DNA of 64,000 bases from Schmidtea polychroa. Its lineage: Eukaryota. Positions 1-10,200 of the stretch are shown in pieces. The number at the start of each line of letters is the position of its first letter. Positions within the stretch are counted from its first letter, which is position 1. The position numbers and the translations under genes are program-made. Location of the stretch: the NCBI GenBank assembly GCA_044892525.1, contig CM097887.1, forward strand, positions 72,106,001 through 72,170,000. The letters run 5' to 3'. The notes beneath the pieces were generated by a model. It saw only the letters and a list, made by a program, of their open reading frames with translations, made no database searches and was not told the DNA's origin.

Positions 1-294
1 TGTTGAATAGTCCAACCGATCAGGAAGGAGGAAGATTGAGCTGTTGAATAGTGCCAGCCAGTCGTAAGATCAAGTTGTTGAATAGTCCAACCGATCAGGA
101 AGGAGGAAGATTGAGCTGTTGAATAGTGCCAGCCAGTCGTAAGATCGAGTTGTTGAATAGTCCAACCGATCAGGAAGGAGGAAGATTGAGCTGTTGAATA
201 GTGCCAGCCAGTCGTAAGATCGAGTTGCTGAATAGTCCAACCGATCAGAAGGAAGAAGATTGAGCTGTTGAATAGTGCCAGCCAGTCGTAAAGG
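1..294. repeat. Tandem array of about 4 x 75-bp units in the element leader, each unit dimeric (41+34 bp, both halves starting TGTTGAATAGT)
   Basis: Units start at 1, 76, 151 and 226 and are nearly identical; the array is cut by the window edge. Confidence 0.95.
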
Positions 295-1558
295 CCTAGA
301 AAAGCGAGAGATAGCAGTTAAGCTACAATGAGATAATATTTAAATTACTAGTGATATGGAATATTAAAGCTAGCTAGAACAAATTGAATGTAATTTTGAA
401 AATTCGAGTTTAGAGAGGAAATAAACGAGCTCGTGGAAAAGAAAATAAGATTATAATGAAAAAGGAAAGGGAAGAAGGAAACGAATTAAAGAGATAATAG
501 AAAATAAAGAATAGATGAAATGATGATAATGAGTAAAGAGGAAAGTAACTAACTAATTAAAGGGATCCCAGTGAAGTAGAGAAACTCTACGGAATTTTTT
601 TTTTGGGTAAACCGGGAAAATGTATTTTTACCGGTTCCAGAGTAGAACCGAGTGGGATAATAGTAAATACGAAAAGTAAAACAGCGACAACAGCGCAAAG
701 GAATAAGAAAACGAAGGGGGGTAATAAGCAGAGACTGACAACGACCTATTTTTACTATAATTGATAACGAATAGATAATTATTACGACTTTATAGATAAT
801 TGTTACTACCCCATATAGATAATTTAAAATCGACGAAAAATACGGGCTGATGGGATATTATAACCCGCAGAAAGGATTTCACAAAAAGATAGGGGAAGCA
901 CAAACAGAAACCTAAAAGGCGTCTGTTTTTGAATGTTGTAGAAAGAATGATGAAGTCGTGTAAGCAAATGCAACACGAGATCATTTTTTCATTTTAGATA
1001 TCAAGCCAATCCAGCCAACCAAGACAATCCAGAACCTGCACAAAAGGAATTCGAAGAAATCGACAATCAACCAAGGATAAATCCATCCAGAACCCGCACC
1101 GAGAGACACAGCAACCGGAAGACTCCAGAACGGAAGAAGATCTCAGTAGCAGATTCATACAGAATATTTATCGAAGGAAACACAATCAGAACCGAACGCG
1201 TCCAATTCAATAGCCACTAATTACCAAGAAGCGTAAGAAAGGAATCACGGATAAACCCAATCTTAGATCTTCTAGTAAGCCAGGAGACGTATTATTTTCA
1301 GGAGACGAATTACAACAACTCAAAAGAGGACGATCCATTAAACATCAAAGAGGAATATCACAAGGATCCAGAAGAACCAATCAAGTACCCATATTTGACC
1401 AAGAAAATCTCGGATATACCCCTAGTCGATCTCGAAGTAGAGAAAGTCTGTCCGATATCACTAATAGTGTAGCAACGTCAACCGAGGAATTATCAGCCCA
1501 AAGTTTAGTCACATCGTTAGACAATTTAAAAGAAACAGACGAACCTAGAACACCAATC

Positions 1559-4288
1559 ATGACGAATGTCGTAAAAACCGACGAGTATAAAGAGAAGTTC
1601 AGAGGAGAACCGTTCAACGGAAATGCAAACAAGCTAGCAACGTTCATAACTAATTTTGAAGTTTATATCACTGTGTGTGGATGGACACCCGAAGCAATTA
1701 GTAAAAGGATGCCGTTGTTTTTGTGCGATAGTGCATTAGAGGTATATTTAGAAGCTAAAGAGAGAGACACGAAATTAGAAAAGTGGGAAGATATTAAAAC
1801 ATTCCTGAAGAAAACCTTCGGAGCCAGTAAGCCAATCAACCAGGCGTTGGGCGAACTAGCAAATAGGAAACAAAGAGCAAACGAATCGATAACATTATAT
1901 GCCAGTGAATTGCGGAGATTAGCAAAGAAAGCAATGAATGGAAAATTACCCGAAGAAAATCTGATTGGTTATTTCATAGAGGGATTACGCCGAGAAGAAG
2001 TAAGAGCCTCAGTAGGTTGTCAAATGTGCAAAACATTAGAGGAAGCCATAGATTGGGCTACAAGATGCGAGCTCCACCTTCCAGCTCAAATGAATATTAT
2101 GCAAGAGGAGGGAAGGATAGCGACAGCAATAGCGAAAGCGGATAACGGAGATAACAACAATCAAGAACCGAAAATGAATCAATTTATACCAGGAGCGCAC
2201 CAAATTTTCAAACCACCACAAGGACGATCAAACGGGAATAATGGTAATCGTAACAACCCGAATAATGAGAACAATTTCAATAATCGGCGAAATATGAACG
2301 ATAACAAGCAGTGCCGAACATGCGGTAAACCAGGACACTGGGACAGAGATTGTTATAGAAATTCAAATTGTAATCGTTGCGGACGGCGTGGACATACCGA
2401 AAATGTATGCCAATTGCGAGGCTGTTTTAACTGTGGTCAGCCAGGTCACATCTCCAGAGATTGCCGAGAAAGGGGCCAACAACAACGACCACCACAGCGA
2501 AATAATAATTATATAGCGAATCCGCAACGACAAAGTAACCCTAACGAAGGAAAACAAATGAACGTTATGCAGGAAATTTCGCAGATGAAACAGATGATGC
2601 AACAAATGATGAGACCAAGACAAGAACCAGCACCACAACAAACCCAGAACATACGTATGATGAGGAGTACCGAAAATCTCAACAATTATGAAGTGCATCA
2701 ACATGTACAAGAATGGCAAAGGCTACAGGCCGAGGAAGAGAGGATAAAACAAGAACGCAACCAACAACGACAAGAACAACCATTGCGAATAAATATGATG
2801 AAGTTAGTAAAAGACCTGAAGAGCCAGTATTGCTACAATTACGGGAAAAGCCCAAGGGTAGTACCCATGACTGAACCAGAAAAGGTAAAAGAAATAACAA
2901 CGGAAATGAAAACAGAGAATTCAACCACGATCTTAAAAGGAAACCAGAGAACTCAGAAAATATTCTGGAAAAAGATAAAGGATAAAATCGAAAAAGAACA
3001 TAATAAAGCGAAAACCGAGACAGAAGATGAAAATAACAAGAGCGAGGAACAAACCAGTCAACTAAATCACCAAATGCTACAAGAATTAGAATCAGAAGAA
3101 ACAACAATATTCGAAAGAAAGAAACTAAAGAGAGTACCAAGGATGAGAAACTTGCAAATCAATATGATGAAAAGGACAAAAGATGTAGCATCGTCAGACG
3201 AGGAAGAAGATTATGTAAGTAGTTTGGGTGGAGAAATACTACAGCCGAATGAAATAAGCGAACCCCCAAAAGAGGAAATCAAAGAGGAAGAAAGCGGAAA
3301 CGAGATAACCAGTGAAAGTGAAGACGAAGATATCGAAATAAAGTTGAGAAAAGCAAGGGAGGAAGCGATAAAACAGGTAGCCGAAATACTCCCAGTAGTA
3401 GTGAGGAACCAAGAGTTCATCGACGTAATACCATTCAGGCGATTCGTGCAAAAAGTGATGAAATTGGAAAGAAACGAGAAAGATCTAATACCAAACGAGG
3501 AGAAATCAAGTATAAAAAATTATATGGAAAAAATGAAGCAGGCCGATACCACGCGGTATGTAATAAAAATTGGAACGAGTAGAGGACTTGAAAGAATGTG
3601 GATAAAAAATACAGTCACCGACGAACTTTTCGATTGGATACGAGAACATTTGGGAAGTTCGAGAAAGAAAGAATATCTGTATCAATACCAAGGAGAACAG
3701 ATCAAACCAGATATGCACTTAGTAGATGCACTAATATGGCCAGGAGAAACGCAAATACTGAAGTTGCATAAAGAAAAACAACCAGCCAACATTTACGATT
3801 GGGCTAAAGATGCCAAGGCAGAATATGATTTTAATATCAAATTGAAATTAGAACAAATAAAACAATGTACTCTGAGACGAAACCTGGATAAGCTGATCAA
3901 ACAAATTCAAGAACAAGTAGAAGACAACTGGGATTTACTCATCACCAGACGAGCCCCAGCCATGTACGAACTAATGAGCCGGTTGCGAGATACAGAAATG
4001 CTCCGAATGAGTGATTGGAGAACCATAAATTTGATCCACAAATATGGAAGGTTAAAAGAGACCCAGCCACAGAGGTTGGAAATAACCATATGGTTACCGA
4101 ACGAAGAAAAACGACGAATAAAAATGAGCAATCAGAGTACAGTGGATGACTTGGTATCAAAAATAAACCAAGAGATAACGGAAAAGGTACGTAGAGAAAA
4201 TAATATTACGAGCGGAGGACGACACCTCGTTAAGCGAAATGGGTATGTGGGACAATCATCAGATAATCAGGATAGTACCAATGGATGA
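1559..4288 (+). CDS. gag: Gag: capsid-like N-terminus, 3 CCHC zinc knuckles, Q/N-rich and acidic regions, C-terminal ubiquitin-like domains
   Basis: CRTCGKPGHWDRDC, CNRCGRRGHTENVC, CFNCGQPGHISRDC at about 2312-2464; retrotransposon capsid-like segment PFNGNANKLATFITNFE...LFLCDSALEVY; 909-aa ORF. Confidence 0.93.
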   Translation: MTNVVKTDEYKEKFRGEPFNGNANKLATFITNFEVYITVCGWTPEAISKRMPLFLCDSALEVYLEAKERDTKLEKWEDIKTFLKKTFGASKPINQALGELANRKQRANESITLYASELRRLAKKAMNGKLPEENLIGYFIEGLRREEVRASVGCQMCKTLEEAIDWATRCELHLPAQMNIMQEEGRIATAIAKADNGDNNNQEPKMNQFIPGAHQIFKPPQGRSNGNNGNRNNPNNENNFNNRRNMNDNKQCRTCGKPGHWDRDCYRNSNCNRCGRRGHTENVCQLRGCFNCGQPGHISRDCRERGQQQRPPQRNNNYIANPQRQSNPNEGKQMNVMQEISQMKQMMQQMMRPRQEPAPQQTQNIRMMRSTENLNNYEVHQHVQEWQRLQAEEERIKQERNQQRQEQPLRINMMKLVKDLKSQYCYNYGKSPRVVPMTEPEKVKEITTEMKTENSTTILKGNQRTQKIFWKKIKDKIEKEHNKAKTETEDENNKSEEQTSQLNHQMLQELESEETTIFERKKLKRVPRMRNLQINMMKRTKDVASSDEEEDYVSSLGGEILQPNEISEPPKEEIKEEESGNEITSESEDEDIEIKLRKAREEAIKQVAEILPVVVRNQEFIDVIPFRRFVQKVMKLERNEKDLIPNEEKSSIKNYMEKMKQADTTRYVIKIGTSRGLERMWIKNTVTDELFDWIREHLGSSRKKEYLYQYQGEQIKPDMHLVDALIWPGETQILKLHKEKQPANIYDWAKDAKAEYDFNIKLKLEQIKQCTLRRNLDKLIKQIQEQVEDNWDLLITRRAPAMYELMSRLRDTEMLRMSDWRTINLIHKYGRLKETQPQRLEITIWLPNEEKRRIKMSNQSTVDDLVSKINQEITEKVRRENNITSGGRHLVKRNGYVGQSSDNQDSTNG

Positions 4289-7200
4289 ATTCCGAACAAG
4301 AGATGTAACATATCAAAAAGAAATACGAGACCGGATGAAAACGTTATATCAAAAATCTACAGAAATAATTGAAATCCACCAACAATGGTTAAAAGAAAAA
4401 GAGCTACAAGGAAAAATCACGAAATTAAATACCAGATCTTGCAGACGAACCCCATGGGAAAGAGTGTGGAATGCGGAAAGTAAGGAATGGGAAATCCGGA
4501 AAGGAACCTTCGTAGAAACAGACATTGGTGAGACAGAAAGTGAATCGGAGGAAGAAGAAGAGGAACCTCCAGAATATGAAGAGGAAGCAAGGGAACAGAC
4601 ATCAGATGACGAAGGCGAGACGGATGTCACATCAGAAAGCGAAAATGAAGCGAGACATATTCATGCAATGAGGAAAAAGGAACGTGAATATGCTGATATG
4701 GACGGCGAGGAAGCGACGGAAGCAAGAGAACGAGAAGAGAAAGAAAGATATAAACAATTAGGCGATATTTTAGCAATGGGAGCGAAAAATCAAAAACGCC
4801 AAGTAGTAGCGTTGGCTAACATCATCTTAAAGACATCAGAGAACATCCACAATCTGAGAGGAATGGCAAAGGCAATAGAGGAATACCGGCAATATAATGA
4901 ATGGTATCCAGAACAGCTAGAACAAATTATTCGAAAATGGAGAAATCAGGAATGGGCACAAGACACCCAGGAGAGGTATCACATCCGAATCAAGTATCCG
5001 GACAAGAGCATCGAGGAACTAGAGGTGCATCCAACAACAAAAATTAGAGAATTAAAAAAGAAATTAGCATATGAAACTCCATTCCATCTGCAACTGTTCG
5101 GAAAATCACTAGACGATAATGCAGACGTCGGGATAACCCCCATGAGATTGGAAGAGACAAATGTATTAACAATGGCAGAAACGTTGGGAAAACCGTTAAA
5201 AAGGAAAAGTAAAATTATTAAACCAACACAAGGCAGTTTGAGTACTCCAAGTCCGAACAAAGCACCAAGTAAATCTAATGAAACTGAAGAAGTTGAAGAG
5301 ATAATCCTGGAAGATAGTGACGATGAACCAGGAGAAAGATCACCGCTATTAGTGAGATGGCCGACAGGAGCCGAAATGTGGACTAATAACCAGCCATCAA
5401 CGAGTTATCAACAACCAACGAAACTGAACATCAAAGAAATCATCGACAATACTACGGAAACCGAAACGGATGAACAATTCCAGAAGCAAAGAGAACCAAC
5501 GAAAGTAACACCAGAAAGGCAAACCGACAAAATAATAGACGAATGGAATGAGTGGCTAAGAAATAACGACAGCTCATTACCCAGAACGGATAACGAAAGA
5601 AATCCGAATTACGAAAATACCAGAGAAGCAGGAACGATGATGGAAAAACGGGCAAAAGGAAGACCCAAGAAACAAGGAGAAAAGTCTGAGTTCAAAACCA
5701 AAGAACAATTAAAGCAAGAACAAGGGCAAGTTCGATTAGAAAAATTGGATAAAATAGTATGGGATCTAAAGGAAGCCCAACCAACGATCGAAAGAGGAGA
5801 AAAATGGATACGAGAATTGTTAAAAGATATGTTAATAATAACAAACCCACAACTTAGACGTTTGTGGCAACGGAAAGTAGCCAGTACGGAAGCTAGACAA
5901 TTATGGCACACCATTTCGGGGATAATCCCAAAGTTAATCAAAGAGAAAACGAAAACCACCAAAACGGATTGGGACGAAACAAAGAGAGTGATTGAGCAGC
6001 TCACGACAAATGCAAATGATGACGAGCATCACCTAGTGGTAATCACTTATTTGATGTATAATTTGATGGGACTAGCTGCGAGGAAAATACCAAATAAACA
6101 GTTTGCAAATCATGTAGAAATGACCGTTTCAATCATAGAGAATACTATTGAACCACACATTATTCGTGCAGGAGGATGGAAAAGACTGATACAAGCGCCA
6201 CGGAAAAATGAGCAAGAAAGGTCGATGCAAGTTAGATTGAAAAAACTGTTAAATGAACTAGAATGGGAACTACCGATGAAAGATCCCGCAAGCAGAAAAG
6301 CATCAATAAATTCGTTAATGATGACTATGATGATATGGATGTTGTGCACAAGTGGAGCAACAGGTTTCACCATCTACGATTGTGATAATATGATAATGAG
6401 AGATAAATACTCATTGAGAGACATAGAAGAATGCAGACAAGCCTCACCCAACAAATTGGACATCGTGAGAACAAAAGTTACTTACCATGTATATCAAGAA
6501 TCAGATTTCATCAGAACGCAAGCAAGGGAATGCGTAGTATCAAAAAAGGTACTCGCATATTACTGTGGACAATATTCGTATTCGACTCTTATACTACCCG
6601 GTCTGGATAAGGAAATCGTATCAATACAACGAGAGGATTGTAAAGAGCTATTTAGAACCGGAGCGCTAAAAATGCATAACGGAGTGACAATTCACGGACA
6701 AACTGGAATGATTAAAACCGAAAGTGTTTACGTAGCCGGAAAAGTAAAATCATCAGATGGGTCATGTAACGGAGGTACGTATACGATCCGAGGCGAGGTA
6801 ATATCGGGAGTTGTAGTGATCGAGTCTTACACGGTCGAATTAAAAGAATACGAAGCGCAATTTGACGCAAATAATTACCAAATGAAGACCAACCCAGCGT
6901 GTAAAGCTACAGAAAACGTATGCAGGACAGGAGTATCAACTATAATCTATGAAGCTAATACCCAAAAATGCCGACTCCAACTGTTAAAAAGTGCTTTGTT
7001 CAATGAAGTAAAAGGAGAAATATATGAGAACGAGAACGACGAGGATGGAAACGACAGAGTGAGAATGCGAAATGGAAAACCAATGCCACCATCTCCCAGA
7101 GAAAAGAGACTTTCAACGCAGAAGACACCAACAGCATTAATCACAGACGATCCAGATCTAGGTATGAGGTTTATCAAAGAGAAAGAAACCACCAAATGTG

Positions 7201-10200
7201 ACAGTATAGTATATAAAACCAATTACGCAGGTATCTATATGTCGAGACAAATAATCGATAGAGCAGTGGGAAAGATAGCAACGGAGGACGTAAAACTATA
7301 CTTATATGCAAATAATAAAATGGATTTTCTATTTCATCGCGGACAAACGACCTTACAAAAAGTATATTACGATCTGATACAAAACGATTGTTCATTGAAT
7401 AAAGAAATATTGAAAACAAAGCTAGCTATTGCGATAACGCACCCAGATAACACGATGCCATCACTCCCATTACCAGATGGACACTTTGGTAGAATGGTAG
7501 GAGAAGTGATGTACACATACCAGTGTACCAAGACGTATGCACGAATGCCAGAAAAATCCATACTACCCGAAAAGAGATGTGCAAATGAATTAGAAATCCG
7601 TTATAAAGGACAAAATCGATTCGTCCAACCAGTCACTAGAATTATGAATCCAGTGGGTTTCTACCCAAATCTCTTTAACTGTTCTAATGCATACGGACCT
7701 TTATATGAAAGGCCCGATGGGAAATGGATGATGTTACCGGGAAAAACCATATCCGAGGAGCCCAAGAAATTTGGATTAATAGAACTCGCCACAGAGCTGG
7801 ATTTCAAACCTATAGACGTGTCAAACGGTGGTATGTATTCCCCAGAAGATCTAGAAACAGCACGACTTAACGTACTCTTCCCAGCCAGACGAGAATCCAT
7901 TCTGTCTAATATGGTTACAATAACTGGGGGCACAAATTATCAATCAGGCCCGAATTACGAGCTGCTATTATCGCCAGACCATTTTCAACAAGCTACGTCA
8001 AACATGATGAAAGCAATGTGGGGAAGATTCTTAGTTTTTGGACAAATGATGGCCGGGATATTAGGGATCATACTCATAATTCAGATAGTCAGAGTAATAC
8101 TAACACAAATGTTAGCTTGTTTCGATATATACAAGCGGGAAAAGAAAGTTAACTGGAAAATGATAGTAGGCTTCTTACCATTTTTAGCTAAAACCATGGT
8201 ATTACATGGTCACTCAAAAGACATTCATCGGATAAAGCGATTGATTAAAATATTAACAAAGATTAAAGGAACCGACGAAGAAGTAGGCAGACGATTCCGG
8301 AAAGTAATGTACGATGAAGCAACAAGACGACAATTGAAAAAGAATAAGCCAAAATTCTTGGACCGATTTAGAAGCCAATCATCTAACAGCGATAGTGACG
8401 ACGATGATAACGGGAACGATAAATGTCTTTATCCAAACAGAAACCCAAACGAAAAACCAATGGAAACGGCACCATATTGGGAAAAGGAAAAGACAAACAC
8501 CTGGATCGCCAATGGAAGCTATATACCACCGGATATCGTGGGACCACAAACAGCTTTGACCATGACACAAAATATGTATCCGCAATTACCGAGTCAACCC
8601 GGTATGCATTATATGCCAACACGACGTACCAAAAGTGTAGATCAAGCAGATGACGTAAGAACAATAGCAGCGATGAGTTTACCTGGAGGTCCAGCAGTAA
8701 CGGTTATGATTCAAATCAATGGTAAAGAAACCAATGCTATGATAGACACCGGAGCTAATGTATCAGCGATAGCGATTAATCAAATCCCCAGTAAACACTG
8801 GAAGGATATCGAATCAACAACAATTCACATCATAGCATGTAGTAAAGAAACAGTGGACGTGGTCGGAAGATGGTGGACTACATTGAGATACCAGGACAAC
8901 GAAATTGAAACGTATTTGGCAGTAATACCAAAACTTAGCGTACCATGCATAATCGGAACGGATTTGATGCCAGAATTGTTAAAAGAAGTCGTAATTGACT
9001 TAACAACCATGTGTTTAAAAGACAAAACCGGTAGAATATGCAAGATGAATTCAGTCATCAGATGTCCAGAAAAAATAATAGTACCAGCAAAATCACAGAT
9101 GATTTGTCAGATAAAAGTGGATACGGGTATGGAAGGAGAAGTTATCTTTGAACCAAGCAAGTCATTTGAAAAGCGACGAGAATTACCACTCGCAAGAGAA
9201 ATAATCACAATAAACCAAGAAGGAGTGATACCGCTCAACATCACGAATTTCGAAGAGGAAGACAAAATCATTTATGAGAACGAAAAATTGGGAAGATTGA
9301 CCCCAATGATGGACATAGAATTACCGAAAGTGACCAACGAGATGATCAAAGATGATGAATTATGGACAATAGATAGTATGTTGTTGACGAATGACGAAAA
9401 GAAAAAATTGCACCGATTGTTGGTAGAATATAAAGATATATTCGCCATCTCAGATTTAGACTTGGGTACCTGTGATGTTACCTTACATGCAATACCACTC
9501 ATAGACGAAACCCCAATTGCATTAAGACCATACAAGCTAGCAGAAATGCAAAAAGAAATAGCCGAAGCCGAAGTACAAAAGATGCTGGACGCAAAAGTAA
9601 TCGAACCAAGTTGCTCACCTTGGCAATTCCCAGTGGTCATGGTGAAAAAGAAAGATGGCACCCAACGATTCTGTATCGATTATCGGAAGTTAAACGCAGT
9701 GACCAAGAGAGATACCTATCCATTGCCGGACATCAATGAGATGTTATTGATGTTGCAAGGGGCAGCATATTTTACTTCTTTAGATCTAAAAAGTGGATAC
9801 TGGCAGATTAAAGTCAAAGATGAGGACAAAGAGAAAACAGCTTTCACATTGGGACGAGATCTATATCAATTCAGGAAAATGCCATTTGGACTGACCAACG
9901 CACCAGCATCATTTCAACGGTGTATGAACTTTGTCACCCATGGAATCAAACAATGTATGGTATATATTGATGATTTACTAATCTATTCAGCGACATTTGA
10001 ACAACATCTGGAAGATATCCGAAACGTATTTATTAGATTAAGACAGTGGAAACTCAAACTCAAACCATCAAAATGCGATTGGGCAAAGGAAAAAGTCACG
10101 TTTTTAGGACACATAGTGTCAGCTAAAGGAAAGGAGCCAGATCCAAGAAACATTGAGAAAATAAAAACATGTCCAGCACCGAAAACTGTCACCCAAGTTC

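Noticed and set aside
1-294. CRISPR-like recurrence of TGTTGAATAGT
   Set aside because: The intervening sequences are themselves repeated, not unique spacers, and the context is eukaryotic with no cas genes.
595-660. Possible primer-binding site in the leader
   Set aside because: No convincing TG..CA|TGG junction or tRNA complement; the PBS is probably upstream of the window.
9050-9310. dUTPase-like beta-rich segment after the protease
   Set aside because: No dUTPase catalytic motifs; similar linkers are common between PR and RT in Gypsy elements.
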